NCBI GenBank assembly: GCA_000165345.1
Contig: CM000434.1
Span: forward strand, 832,001 to 896,000
Reading direction: 5' to 3'
Length of the DNA: 64,000 nucleotides
A model generated the notes under the pieces. It made no database searches. It saw only the letters and a program-made list of their open reading frames with translations, and had not been told where the DNA came from. Shown here piece after piece: positions 1 to 10,981 of this stretch. A program made the translations under genes and the position numbers. Position 1 is the stretch's first letter; every line of letters starts with the position of its first letter.

Positions 1-144
1 TTCATAAATTTACGGAGAATTATATTGTCCAAAAAAGTGGAATATGAAGAACTACAGCAAAGGAAAATTTGATTTGGAAGTTTTATCAGGAAAAAAACAC
101 TGAGGGGGATGGCTTTCCCGAAAATAAATAGGCGCCATAAAGAC

Positions 145-153
145 AAAAAAAAA
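145..153 (-). terminator. Pol III terminator candidate (T9 run on minus strand) downstream of tRNA-Gln
   Basis: A9 on the plus strand at 145-153 equals T9 on the tRNA strand. It starts 10 nt past the tRNA 3' end at 164. Confidence 0.6.
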
Positions 154-163
154 GTGGAAATAC

Positions 164-234
164 AGGAGCTACTGGGAATCGAACCCAGGCTACCGGAATC
201 AAAATCCGGGGTCCTACCGCTAGACTATAGCTCC
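164..234 (-). tRNA. tRNA-Gln (anticodon UUG)
   Basis: The reverse complement reads GGAGCTATAGTCTAGCGGTAGGACCCCGGATTTTGATTCCGGTAGCCTGGGTTCGATTCCCAGTAGCTCCT. It has a 7-bp acceptor stem (GGAGCTA/TAGCTCC), a D-loop AGCGGTA, an anticodon stem CCGGA/TCCGG with loop TTTTGAT (anticodon TTG), and a T-arm CTGGG-TTCGATT-CCCAG. No intron and no encoded CCA. Confidence 0.9.
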
Positions 235-487
235 TTACGCCGCTATGGTGATTTTATAAAGAGTTAATCTATACAAATCAAAATATTAAGCTTAATAAAA
301 CTCAGATAAATTTTTGTTCAAGAAGGAAATTAACAAGGCATTCTATTTAAAGATTAATAAATAGATTATTCAATTAAATATTTTGGAAAATAAACGAAGT
401 TTAAAAAAATTTTTGATGAACTATTATGGAAGAAAATGATCAATGTTAAGTTTTGAGAGATAAAAGTATTAAGAAATAAATAAATAT

Positions 488-3220
488 TTAGTAGTTACTA
501 TATAAAAGTGGGTTAGATACAGTCTTTGCATTAATTGGAGTGAATCTGAACCAAAAAGGCATCCAAGGAGTAATTCCAAAAGAAGAAGAATCTAGTATTA
601 ATACATCAGCATGCGTCCTGACTTGTGTATGTGTGGGATTATAAAGAGGATTTACAAGCTCTTTGTGGAATATTATAGAGGAATTTAGAGAAAGAAGGGA
701 TTCAACTTGGCCATTATCCAGATTACCTTTAGAATTATTCTTAATAGAATACATTATTGTATCCCATAAAGAAACCGTCGAATTTCTAGAATCTATACAA
801 AATCTCTCATACTCATTATCACAATGAAAATTCCCAAATAAACTATTATTTAAGTGATCAGCAATAATAATTAATAGGTTTGGATGAAATTGGAATTCTG
901 TTGGAAACTGATTATAGCATTGGTAAACACAATCTAACCATTGGATAAATATTGGAGATCTTTCTGACTCGTTTTCTAAACAAGATTCTTTGCCAGGAGT
1001 ACCAGATCTGGAATGAAATTTGTGACCAGAAAGTATGAATTCTTTTTCTATAAGTGAAAGAAATCCCTGAATTGTTCTGTAATAAGGGTCCATACAAAGC
1101 ATTGCAAGTGCTGTTAGTTGTGAAGTTCTATCCCATCCATCACTACAATGTACCAAAACTCCTTTTTCCCTAATCAAATGATCAACAATCTTATTTGATG
1201 ATGCAAGGATCATACTAATTAAGTCATACCAGCCTGTTGAATCTATTTCTGAAATCAACTTTAATCCCGTTAAATTCTCTGAATTATTCATTCTATTCAA
1301 AGAAGCAAGTACTGATTGAGCTTGAACAGAACTGATATCTCCTTGGTTAAGTAAATTCATCACTTTCTCAAAATTAGCATTACCAACACTCAAATCTTGA
1401 TTTGATGAAGTTTTTTGAATTACTGAAACCAACTTATTCCAAGAATCACGAACCTTATGGATATTTTCAATATTCAAAAACTCTAATTTACAATTGGTAT
1501 AATGATCAATATTCTCAAATCCAGCTCCTGTTGCTTTATTAGCAAATGCATTCAATTTTGGTCTAGCATCCAGTATTGCAAAAGGTCTTTCTTCTTTTGG
1601 GTCTCCATTATTTTTGTAAAAGCTGGAAATGGTTGTTATCATCATCTCGTCCTCAATACATCTTTTAAACGCAGATTTTGGCTGACTAGACCTCCATAGA
1701 GTGCACTTTAAATCTGGGTTTGTCCAGCTTAAAATTGGTATTCTTCCCTTTGATCTAAATGCTGCTACTTTAATTAGTTGTGAATCGGATATGTTTTCAG
1801 GAACCACAATTATTCTTGGGTATGAAGAACAAAGCTCGAAGTTTTGATTCACATTTGTGAATCTTAAAGGAAATCTTGAAGTATTTTCATTAATTAAACC
1901 TGATGATATTGGAACTCCTTGTCTATTATATTCTTTCAAAATATCAAACTCAAAAATCCCATTAATTGAAGAAAATAATGGTAAACTCTCAAAATTCTCC
2001 CTAAAAGTATACGAAAACAAGTTTTTATGCAAAGTCTCGTTCAGAATATTTTGAATACTATTTTGAATTAGCTTTTTGTCTTGCTCAGAGCTTACTATTA
2101 GAATTTGGATCGATCTCAAATCTTTGGTTGAAATATCCAATGTGTAAGTACAACTTTTGGAATTCATATTTATTTGGCCATTCTGCCCAATTCCTGAACC
2201 TCCAATTGTTGTACCTAATGACCCTACTAGATTCAAGTTATTTCCAATATATTGTCCTGGAATTGTATGGTTATTACTGCCTTCTGTGTTTACTCCATTA
2301 TTATCATTACCAGAAATCAAAGAGCTAACCCCAATCTGAGTTATTGAATGAATTGGAATATGAAGAAAGCCTGATTTGTACATCCAAGATACTGAAAATC
2401 TTTTTACTATTGTCAATGCTTTATTGTTAATATTCTTTTGGAAAAGAGGAGCAAGAATTATTCTAAAGTTTGTCATAATGAAGGATCCAAAAATAGGACC
2501 TACCAGACCTTGAGCAGAAATTCCACACTCTTTACTAAATAACAACAACTTTTCACCAGGAAGAAGTATAATACTCATATTTTTAGTTATATTCTCCGCA
2601 TCAGCCTCACAAATTTCCAGACTTGTATTTGATATTGGACCTTTATTATTATGAATCTTGGAAAGGATCTCTGACCATCTGGATAGATCCTGAGCCTTTT
2701 GATTATTGCTATTACTCACTATCATATTCGAAGTGGTTTCTCTTAATGCATTCTGTATTTGAGAACTAATATTCTGCGTTACTGTGTTTGCTAAAGAAGA
2801 AAATAAACCTGAAACACTTGTGGATGTTCTTAAATTTGAACTGGATTTATTAATATTTGTTGTGGGGTTACTGATATTACTTCGGCTCTCTGGTACTATT
2901 GTTGGAGAAGCTAGCATAGGCTTAACTTCAACTGATCTTCCTTGTGTGCTTGGAAATGGATCAAATAATGAAAGATCTTCTAAAGTTTTATTCAACGGCT
3001 TTTTATCCATATCAAAGTTCTGATATTGTGAATTTAAGTTATTATTATCTCTACCTTCAAAACAATCATTCAAGGATGAAACCTGCTTGTATATTGAAAG
3101 AGGATCATTACCAGCTTCTAATGACTGAAGATTTATTTCTTCACTCCCCTTATACACTGAGTTATATAATCTATCAGTGGAGTCATTTTCAGTACTAATA
3201 CTTCCTAATTCCCCATTCAT
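488..3220 (-). CDS. Myotubularin-family phosphoinositide 3-phosphatase (catalytically intact)
   Basis: Single ORF. The track start at 3259 is a TTG, and the first ATG is at 3220 (MNGELGS...). It contains the myotubularin-type CX5R active site VLVHCSDGWDRTSQLTALAMLCMDPYYRTIQGF and the conserved SGHKF region. The N-terminal half is long, Asn/Ser-rich and low in complexity. Confidence 0.85.
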   Translation of the reverse strand: MNGELGSISTENDSTDRLYNSVYKGSEEINLQSLEAGNDPLSIYKQVSSLNDCFEGRDNNNLNSQYQNFDMDKKPLNKTLEDLSLFDPFPSTQGRSVEVKPMLASPTIVPESRSNISNPTTNINKSSSNLRTSTSVSGLFSSLANTVTQNISSQIQNALRETTSNMIVSNSNNQKAQDLSRWSEILSKIHNNKGPISNTSLEICEADAENITKNMSIILLPGEKLLLFSKECGISAQGLVGPIFGSFIMTNFRIILAPLFQKNINNKALTIVKRFSVSWMYKSGFLHIPIHSITQIGVSSLISGNDNNGVNTEGSNNHTIPGQYIGNNLNLVGSLGTTIGGSGIGQNGQINMNSKSCTYTLDISTKDLRSIQILIVSSEQDKKLIQNSIQNILNETLHKNLFSYTFRENFESLPLFSSINGIFEFDILKEYNRQGVPISSGLINENTSRFPLRFTNVNQNFELCSSYPRIIVVPENISDSQLIKVAAFRSKGRIPILSWTNPDLKCTLWRSSQPKSAFKRCIEDEMMITTISSFYKNNGDPKEERPFAILDARPKLNAFANKATGAGFENIDHYTNCKLEFLNIENIHKVRDSWNKLVSVIQKTSSNQDLSVGNANFEKVMNLLNQGDISSVQAQSVLASLNRMNNSENLTGLKLISEIDSTGWYDLISMILASSNKIVDHLIREKGVLVHCSDGWDRTSQLTALAMLCMDPYYRTIQGFLSLIEKEFILSGHKFHSRSGTPGKESCLENESERSPIFIQWLDCVYQCYNQFPTEFQFHPNLLIIIADHLNNSLFGNFHCDNEYERFCIDSRNSTVSLWDTIMYSIKNNSKGNLDNGQVESLLSLNSSIIFHKELVNPLYNPTHTQVRTHADVLILDSSSFGITPWMPFWFRFTPINAKTVSNPLLYSNY

Positions 3221-3499
3221 ATTGTATGAATTATTTAGAATTATAAATACCAATATCAATTACTTATTACAATAAGAAGCAACAAAAAGATTTCAAGATT
3301 TGGTGGATTCTTCTTTATCCTAAATTAGATTACTTTTCCACTCTTCTTATATCATTCAAGTCACCCTGAACCTCATCAAACAATATATTCAATTTCCCTA
3401 ACTCTTTAAATCATTCAGCAAATTCTTTAATCCGCACTTCATCTATTATTGAAAGTTATACTTTATATGTTAATACAAGAATATTATTAATTAACCATA

Positions 3500-3601
3500 T
3501 TGGCGCCATAACTCCCCTTAGAAATTGAGAATATTTTTATTATAGGGGGAAAAATGGCAAAGTAAAAAAAAAAAAAAAAGTTATATACCGGTAATGACGT
3601 G
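3500..3601. promoter_or_regulatory. Candidate divergent promoter elements (E2F-type TTGGCGCCA; ATACCGGTAA-TGACGTG)
   Basis: TTGGCGCCA lies at 3500-3508, and ATACCGGTAA at 3585-3594 directly abuts TGACGTG at 3595-3601. They sit between the divergent myotubularin (-) and derlin (+) start codons. Confidence 0.45.
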
Positions 3602-3675
3602 TTAATTTTTTTTGAGAAATTATATTAAAAAAATAAAATTGCTTAAAAAGACCAGAATTATTATAAAAGGAAAAT

Positions 3676-4503
3676 ATGTTCAATGATTCATCTCCACAAG
3701 GTTGGTATAAGAACTTACCTCCAATCACGAGGAGTATCCTCACAATAACATTTTTTTCAACTTTATTAATAACTTTTGGTATGTTGAATCCATGGTATAT
3801 TCTCTTTGATTGGGAGTACATTTTTCGCAAGGCACAAATTTGGAGATTCCTCACAAGCTTCTTTTTTGTGGGTCCATTTAGTATTGGATGGATTATGAGC
3901 CAATGGATGTTTACATCATTTTCATCAAAATTAGAGAGAAGTGGGTCGGTTGGTTCCTCATCTGGGTCTTATTTGTATTTTATATTGATTTTAATGACAG
4001 GAATTAACATAATAGGTACTGCTTTTGATTACCCCACAGGAAGAAAAATTGGAGGCTCTTCATTGATTTTTGGTATAATTTATTACTGGAGTAAGAAATT
4101 CCCAACTTCTTTGGTAAGTATTTGGGGATTCACTTTGCAAGCTTATCAGTTACCATATGCATTGTTATTTTTGGATGTTTTGACTGGTAACTCTTTGATT
4201 GACGATTTGATTGGATTATTAGCTGGACATTCTTATTACTATATTAGAGATATTATATATGAGAATAACGCAAATAACTTCTTAGCCAGAACTCCAAAGC
4301 ATTTTGACAAATTTGTTGACTACTCTTCTTTACTGATTAAGAACTATGTCTATGACTTTTCATCTTTAAATGGCCATCCTAATGTAATTAACTATCCAAA
4401 TTCAAATGTAAATAGAGCTGGTTCTTCTTACAATCCATTTTCAGGAAACTCTGCTCAACCTAGAGCCTTTTCAGGAAGGGGATTTAGGCTGGGTTCAGAT
4501 TAA
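3676..4503 (+). CDS. Derlin (Der1-like ERAD membrane protein)
   Basis: 275-aa ORF starting at an ATG. It has four hydrophobic segments and the Der1-family motif region AQIWRFLTSFFFVGPFS plus SLIFGIIYYWSKKFP. Confidence 0.8.
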   Translation: MFNDSSPQGWYKNLPPITRSILTITFFSTLLITFGMLNPWYILFDWEYIFRKAQIWRFLTSFFFVGPFSIGWIMSQWMFTSFSSKLERSGSVGSSSGSYLYFILILMTGINIIGTAFDYPTGRKIGGSSLIFGIIYYWSKKFPTSLVSIWGFTLQAYQLPYALLFLDVLTGNSLIDDLIGLLAGHSYYYIRDIIYENNANNFLARTPKHFDKFVDYSSLLIKNYVYDFSSLNGHPNVINYPNSNVNRAGSSYNPFSGNSAQPRAFSGRGFRLGSD

Positions 4504-4851
4504 GCTCAGAAAAGTTGAACTAGAAGATATATAAGTTAGTATTTTCTTACCATAGTATGGCTTTCCTTTATTATTTTAACTGCTAGTTTATAAATCTAAT
4601 ATAATTTTACATCCTAGTTATATATGTATATGATTATTTCAATCGATAAGAATTTGAAGATACAGGAGGAGAGAAACAATGAAGAAGAAAAAGGTGATCG
4701 TTTTCTAGATAATTATTTAGTTGCTATTAGCCGAGTAGAATTTTGCATTGATAGTATTGATATATAAATAATTCAATAGATCTATATACCCAATTAAGGG
4801 AACACAAGACTCCATCGAATAAATTAACTACTCTCTTCATCAATCTTTCTT

Positions 4852-6120
4852 TTATACTGTCCTGGTAGCTTTTTCATATAAAACATCAACGACATTTGAA
4901 AGATTGTCGAATGTAGAGATAAGTTCAGGAATCTTTAAATTAGAATTCTGATTCTCATCATAGATAGTAAGAACTTCAGTTCTTTGATCAATATTTCCCT
5001 GAATCAACTTGTTTAAAATCATTTCAATAACCTTGGAATAAACTCTTTCGGAAGAAAGATTGAGGAATAAAGCAAGTTGAGAGATTTCAATGTGTGAATA
5101 AGATTCCAAAATTCTTAAAATATTCTGTTCCATCAAACTTTCATACAAGTTATTAATATGTCTGTGAATGACCATATCACTGCTTAACTCGGTTTCATAA
5201 TTCTTTAAAACATCCTCGAACATACTAAGAGATCTATTTTCGCAGCAAGATGCAACCATTCTCAAGGCTTCAATCTCTCTCATCTGGAACTTAACTTTAT
5301 TTTTACCAGAAAGTAGAGAAGCTAAATTATTGGTTTGTTGGGACATGATCTTTGATAACAACATATACTTTAATGATTGCAAGGCTCTTTCATCATTTGC
5401 AATATTAAATGCCTCGAAAGCTTCATAAAAGTACGAGAATGATGTCTTAAAATCTTCTTCATCAGCAAGTATAATGCCAGATTGTAGATCTATATCAGCC
5501 TGTAAGAGAGGAGGACAGTGAATGGAGTTTGCATTAGTTCTAGCTGCTGTCAAAGCTGCCTTAGACTTGGGTAAGTTACGAATTCTATACTCAAGTTTAC
5601 TTTCTATCAAATAAGCCTCCACTAATAGAATCTTATCGTCAACCTTTTTAACTTCTTTAATCAACTTTTCAATATAGTCTAAACCTTTAACAAATTGACT
5701 AGAGTTCAAATAAACCATTGCTAAACGAGCAGTAATTCTATGTCTCAAGAATGTACGCTTCTCTTCTAAGCACCATTCAATACACTCCAAACAAAGTTGT
5801 TCTTGTAGTTTTTCGGTATCTGGAATTTTTGACATCATATCCATTAGATTTCGAATAATCTTTGCAACTCTAGCTTTTGGTAGTCCACCAATTATTGGTC
5901 TAATAGTTTTAATAAGCTCTTTCAATTCATTTGCCATGCCTTGTTTCATATATATTTCTCCTAATGTATAGATTGCCTGCTCTTGAATTTTGGTTCCATC
6001 TTCTATTTCATCCAAGTTGTCTTTTTTAATCAATTCGATTAATATTGGAATTGATAATTTGAAGTCTGTCTCCATCAGAGACTTTGCCTTCTCAAAATCA
6101 TCCTTAATACTTATTTCCAT
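4852..6120 (-). CDS. RPN6: 26S proteasome lid subunit Rpn6 / PSMD11 (PCI domain)
   Basis: 422-aa ORF. The block LLVEAYLIESKLEYRIRNLPKSKAALTAARTNANSIHCPPLLQADIDLQSGIILADEEDFKTSFSYFYEAFEAF matches the highly conserved Rpn6 core as I recall it. The C-terminal part is PCI-like. Confidence 0.9.
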   Translation of the reverse strand: MEISIKDDFEKAKSLMETDFKLSIPILIELIKKDNLDEIEDGTKIQEQAIYTLGEIYMKQGMANELKELIKTIRPIIGGLPKARVAKIIRNLMDMMSKIPDTEKLQEQLCLECIEWCLEEKRTFLRHRITARLAMVYLNSSQFVKGLDYIEKLIKEVKKVDDKILLVEAYLIESKLEYRIRNLPKSKAALTAARTNANSIHCPPLLQADIDLQSGIILADEEDFKTSFSYFYEAFEAFNIANDERALQSLKYMLLSKIMSQQTNNLASLLSGKNKVKFQMREIEALRMVASCCENRSLSMFEDVLKNYETELSSDMVIHRHINNLYESLMEQNILRILESYSHIEISQLALFLNLSSERVYSKVIEMILNKLIQGNIDQRTEVLTIYDENQNSNLKIPELISTFDNLSNVVDVLYEKATRTV

Positions 6121-6375
6121 TATTACTACTCACTCAATCCCTAGTTTGTTTTTCTTTCTTCCTTTCAAATAAGGAGGGTGGCTTTTGGTGAAATCAAAAT
6201 TTGAATTTGTCGCACCTTCTTACTTGTCAAACTTTAAGAGTTGATTCTCAAATTAATGTATGAAATTATTAATTTAAAAAAAAAATTGTCGTTTTAAATA
6301 ATAATTTTGTATTTTTCCCCCTTTATTATTATGTTACAATTATTCTCTTCTTGAACTTATTAGCTTAGATGCATA

Positions 6376-6389
6376 TTGGGCGCGCCCAA
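6376..6389. promoter_or_regulatory. 14-bp perfect palindrome TTGGGCGCGCCCAA (double E2F-type site)
   Basis: The sequence is self-complementary when read directly. It lies in the divergent intergenic region between RPN6 (-) and the 6583 gene (+). Confidence 0.5.
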
Positions 6390-6582
6390 ATAACCCCACG
6401 AAATACATAAATGTGCTGTTCAATGAATATCGAAAATAGATTAACATGCCAGAATAAATGTGATATTATAACTTTAGCTTCATTGAATAATTTGAATACG
6501 AAATGTGTCATTATTATTATTGAATTATATTGAAAGTTTGCTATAAGTGTTGTATGTATAAATATTTTGATGAAAAAAGAAA

Positions 6583-7588
6583 ATGAAATTCCAAAGTGAG
6601 AAAAATGAGGAAAATAAAGAAAGCATAAATAAGTCATCTTCAGCATTGATAAACTCATTAAGAAACCAAATTAATAAAGTATCAGCCTTGAATAAATTTC
6701 GCTTCATAAATAGTAATAAAAAGCCACTTGAAAATGAAGTCCAAATAAGTGATATTGCAGATAAAATTCGCAATAAGATCTCAATAAATAAGTTAAACAA
6801 GAGTCCAGGGCTTGAGCATACAAACAATAAGTATTCTGAAGAAATTGGAGGCGCTTATTCACCATTTAGAAAGAGAAATAAAAATAATGAAAAATATTCC
6901 TTGCAAAATAAAATGTCAAATTTTGAACAAACCAGATCAGAACTTGAGAATCTCTTACTTTATAATATCAACAAGCTGCGTCATGAGAGAATTAAGCTGA
7001 AAAACTGCCAAATGAATAAAAATAATAGTCATGATGAGAATGAAATTCTATTTCCAAATATTTATACACCTCTATCTTCAATGAAGTTTATGAATATCCA
7101 AGAATTATTTTTGTTTCTTTCATTGTTTTATCATAATTACCAAAGAGAGTGGATCTTACCATTATTAAATAACTTGAAAAATCTCGAAATAATCTTTTTC
7201 ACCCCAGAAAGTACTTCATCTTCATACTCTTCAACAATAATTACAGGTAGATACACTAAAATTTTAAATGAGGAATATTTGTTTTCAAGCAATGCACCAA
7301 TTTCAAAACTGATTTTAAATTCCGCAAAGTAAGTTACATTTATTAATTCCACTTTATAGCTTAATGCTTACTTAAAATTTCCTGAATAAATATTAATTTA
7401 TCTTTTATTTAAGGTGGCAAAAGGTTTCAAAAATTATAGAATCAGAAAATATTCAAGATTTCTCAACTGCTGTGTTTATATTTATTAACCCAAATATAAT
7501 TCAAACAAGTGAATGTGTATTTATCTCATCAGGTCTTTTCTTCATTTGCAACTTTGCACACCTCTTAACTTGTTTTGTTAGCAAGTAA
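6583..7588 (+). CDS. Hypothetical protein, 2 exons (306 aa)
   Basis: Exon 1 is 6583-7328. The intron is 7329-7413 (GTAAGT...TTTAAG). Exon 2 is 7414-7588. The splice restores the frame (746+175=921 nt) and opens a 58-codon stop-free extension ending in TAA at 7586-7588. No recognisable domain. Confidence 0.55.
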
Positions 7589-7702
7589 AACACTAGAAAT
7601 TGTCGAACTTGGTCTTTTACCAACATTTAATATTATTTGTCTACTTCAACTTTTATTTACTCTTTTTTTAATTATTAATACTATTTCTATTTCAAAAATA
7701 TT

Positions 7703-7847
7703 TTGTCCACATGAAATTTATTAATTTTCACACATACCGGTACTAAATATTTCTGATGACGTGTATAATTTTTTTTAATAAGTTTGCATGTGGAAATTGT
7801 CATACCGGTATATGCAATTACTATTATGTGTGGAAAAATTGCATGTA
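7703..7847. promoter_or_regulatory. Composite motif module (instance 1)
   Basis: TTGTCCACATG 7703-7713; ATACCGGTAC 7734-7743; GACGTGT 7758-7764; GCATGTGGAA 7786-7795; CATACCGGTATATGCA 7801-7816; TTGCATGTA 7839-7847. The module lies 115 bp after the previous stop codon and about 520 bp before the WD40 gene ATG. Confidence 0.45.
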
Positions 7848-8253
7848 AGAAGTAGATGTTTAGAAGTGGTTGCATTGATGAATTTTAAATATTAAAAATA
7901 TAATTTCGAGAGTTAATTAAAAAAAAATGCATATATAATAATAATAATTGTGGATGTAAATTTAATAAATAATGTTTCTTATTTATTATTGAATTGGCTA
8001 TAATCCAGAAAATAATCTACAATAAGTGAAATTGAGAAGAAAGTAACCTATGCTTAAAAAATACAAGTAAAAAAGTAAATAATTTGAATCAAGGGTAATA
8101 ACTAAAAATCAACAAATAATCATTTTTATCTACCCTTATATATTGCAAGAGATTCATTAATATTGATCGACTCATAATATTTAATATTAGCAAATCGGAA
8201 TTTTTTTTTATTCCATAATTCTAAAATGGTAATTAATTGCCTTTTTTAGACTG

Positions 8254-8261
8254 GGCGGGAA
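8254..8261. promoter_or_regulatory. E2F-type site GGCGGGAA
   Basis: Exact GGCGGGAA, 106 bp upstream of the ATG at 8367. Confidence 0.4.
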
Positions 8262-8366
8262 GTCGAAATATTATTTAAAGTTTAAGCTTGACATTAAGAA
8301 AAAAAAATTTGGATTTGGTGTTATTTAGGAAAAAGTTGTGAGAATTTGTTTGTTTAAGTACTAAAG

Positions 8367-9725
8367 ATGGATATGGAAATAGATTCAAATATTTCAGATG
8401 AAGAATATACTGGAATGGATGAAGATCCAGTATTGATAGTATCTGGAGATGAGCTTGATAGGTAAGTTAAAAGAAAATAACATTAGAACTTGATTAATAT
8501 TAAAATCGCACTAAATAAAACTTTTAGGGATGATGAAGATGAGGAAATGCCACTCTTTGATGTTCCTGATGAATCATCAGCTACAATCTTATCAATTGAT
8601 TCTCCAATTTGCTGTATAGATATAGATCCTACAAGAAGAGGTCGAATATTATTCGGAGGATGTGACGATAAAGCATATGTATCAAATTTACCAGAAAATC
8701 CTGTCTATTCTAGTGAGCAGGGAACTGAGAGACTTAACTTAGGTTTTGAAAAAGTATTTCAAGGTCATTCAGATACAGTTTCATGCGTTTCTTATTCAAC
8801 GGATGGAAAATATTTTGCAACAGGAGGTTGTGATGGAACTATAAGAGTTTATGGTAATGAAGTTTCAAATGAAGGCCAACTTATTTCAATTCTGGAGGGT
8901 CCATCTGATGAGCTTGAATTCATAAGGTGGCATCCGCGTGGACCATGTATATTTGGAGGTGGAGTAGATGGAACAGGATGGCTATGGATGGCTCCTGATG
9001 GAAGAGTATTATCTGTACTTTCTGGTCATGGAGATAGTATTACATGCGGAGATTTTAGTAATGAAGGTAAAATAGTTTGCACAGGATCTCTAGATGGAAG
9101 CGTAATTATTTGGAATCCAAAAAATGGAGAAAGTTTGCACAAAATTACAAGAAATAGTTTTGTTAATAACGCAGGTGACTCATCTTATTTAGAGGAATTG
9201 GGTATAGTTTCAATGAGAAGTCACAAAAAGAATCCGTTACTTGCTGTTGGGTTTACTAATGGTTTATTTTCTCTAATTCAACCTGATACTGGCAAAGTTC
9301 TAAGCTTAAACAACAGACATCATGATTCTCTAGATTGCATTGAATTCATTAATCATTTAGAAGATCCTCTGTTAGCTACTGGAGATATGTCTGGAGAATT
9401 AATTGTTTGGAATTATGAATACAATAGAGAAAATTTTGTAATGAAGAATCAGGAATTGGAACATTCAAATGGAGTCTTGCCTGGTATTACTAGTATATGC
9501 TGGGGTGGAGATAGAAACAATACCTTAATTGCAACGGGGTGTTTAGATGGAACTATTAGATTATGGGACTTTAGAACAGGAGAAAATGTTAAAATTCTTA
9601 AAGGGCATAAAAGTGGAATATTATCCATGAAAATCGTAGAATTCGGTTTTCAAGGAACCAACGTATTAAGGATGGTATCTACAGGAGATGATGGAAGATG
9701 CTTACTTTGGGATGTAAGAATGTAA
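8367..9725 (+). CDS. WD40-repeat protein, AAMP/Sqt1-like, 2 exons
   Basis: Exon 1 is 8367-8461 (MDMEIDSNISDEEYTGMDEDPVLIVSGDELD). The intron is 8462-8527 (GTAAGT...TTTTAG). Exon 2 is 8528-9725. An acidic N-terminus is followed by about 7 WD repeats (GHSDTVSCVSYSTDGKYFATGGCDGTIRVY, GHGDSITCGDFSNEGKIVCTGSLDGSVIIWN, GHKSGILSM...). The family assignment to AAMP/Sqt1 is from memory. Confidence 0.6.
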
Positions 9726-9790
9726 TAAGGAAAAAAAACAAGATTCAAATCATAATAATTTTAAAAGTGACTAAATTCTGTCTATAATCA

Positions 9791-10981
9791 TTAACAAATT
9801 ATCTTTAATACATCTTGAAGAGCTTTTGTATACTGGTTTAAGGCCTGGACAATGTCATCATCTGCAGCTTCTCTATTTTGGGATTCTTTTGCAATATCGT
9901 TTTTTATGTGAGCAATCTCCTCAAGTACGAAGTTTTGGAATTTATCTTGAGTCTTTTCAATCTTATCTTTGAGCTGGTTAAAACTATCATTTATTGAACT
10001 CAAAACCATTTCTTTATTATTAACTTCTCTCCCAATCTCCTCCTCTACATGATTCTCAAGCTCCTTCAAGAACAGTTTCATTTGCTCCTCCTTTTCTTCT
10101 GCTATATTATATTCTCTCTCAGCAATTGACTTGGCATTCATTATTTCATTCACAAGACTTTGGTGCTTATGTTCGAATTCCTCAATTATTTGTGATTTTT
10201 CGCTCACCATCTCTTTCTCAATTACAGATAACCTTTCGTCCAAACTCTTGCAAGCTATAGAAAGCTGGTCCAATTTTCCAGAAAACACATCCTCTAATCT
10301 TTGTTGTATTGAAGACATTTGTTCCTCAAAATTTCTCTTCATGTTTGATTGGATTTCATTTCTTTGTTGGTTCTCAGCTTCTATGGCCTTCTTTAACTTC
10401 ATTGTATTCTCCTTTAATACTTGGAGCCTATTCTCCTCATATTCCCTTTTTTGGCGAGTATCATTTCTTAATTGTTTCTCTAACCCAAGTAATTGGCCTT
10501 GAATTTGTCCAAGCTTTTGTTTTGTTGATAGGGGAAGAGACGAATTACCGATTAAAGATGTAGGAGAATGAATAAGCCCGCTAGTACTTGTTTCTGCTAC
10601 AGTTATTGGACTCAAACTTGTTGTAGCAATTGATGTATTATTTGTTGAATTTAAATTACTAATGGTACCTCCTAATTGTTGAGAAAATAAAGCACTGAGA
10701 GACCCATTCTTTCTACCAAGTGAATTTTTTAAATTTGTCTGGTTCTGTTTTATGTTTCTACTTGATAAACTTAATTGCAAATGCTTTGGTGATTGTGAAG
10801 TTCCTCCTGTTTGGCTGTTAAATCCTGAAAGATTAAGATTCTCATTACCCACAACAACTTCATCAAGGTTTGTTGTAATATCCAAATTGGTCTTTATTTC
10901 GTTTACTGGTGCTACAATTCCTCCTGTTGATATTGTTAAAGACGACTTATTAATCAAATCCATTATTTCTTCTTTTAACAT
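9791..10981 (-). CDS. SF-assemblin (striated fibre assemblin) family coiled-coil protein
   Basis: 396-aa ORF. The C-terminal 250 aa are heptad-rich and end in ADDDIVQALNQYTKALQDVLKII. This closely matches the SF-assemblin C-terminal signature recalled from algal SFA (EDDEIVQAINDYTKALQEGLKLV). Confidence 0.75.
   Translation of the reverse strand: MLKEEIMDLINKSSLTISTGGIVAPVNEIKTNLDITTNLDEVVVGNENLNLSGFNSQTGGTSQSPKHLQLSLSSRNIKQNQTNLKNSLGRKNGSLSALFSQQLGGTISNLNSTNNTSIATTSLSPITVAETSTSGLIHSPTSLIGNSSLPLSTKQKLGQIQGQLLGLEKQLRNDTRQKREYEENRLQVLKENTMKLKKAIEAENQQRNEIQSNMKRNFEEQMSSIQQRLEDVFSGKLDQLSIACKSLDERLSVIEKEMVSEKSQIIEEFEHKHQSLVNEIMNAKSIAEREYNIAEEKEEQMKLFLKELENHVEEEIGREVNNKEMVLSSINDSFNQLKDKIEKTQDKFQNFVLEEIAHIKNDIAKESQNREAADDDIVQALNQYTKALQDVLKIIC

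Noticed and set aside
1-72. Frame-1 open reading segment (FINLRRIILSKKVEYEELQQRKI*) that could be the 3' end of an upstream plus-strand gene
   Set aside because: Only 23 codons are visible, with no recognisable motif and no way to confirm it from the window. It is not reported as a feature.
3540-3854. 104-aa minus-strand ORF overlapping the derlin start and promoter
   Set aside because: It runs through a poly-A/T tract and overlaps the well-supported derlin CDS on the other strand. Its low-complexity Phe/Lys-rich product is typical of AT-rich noise.
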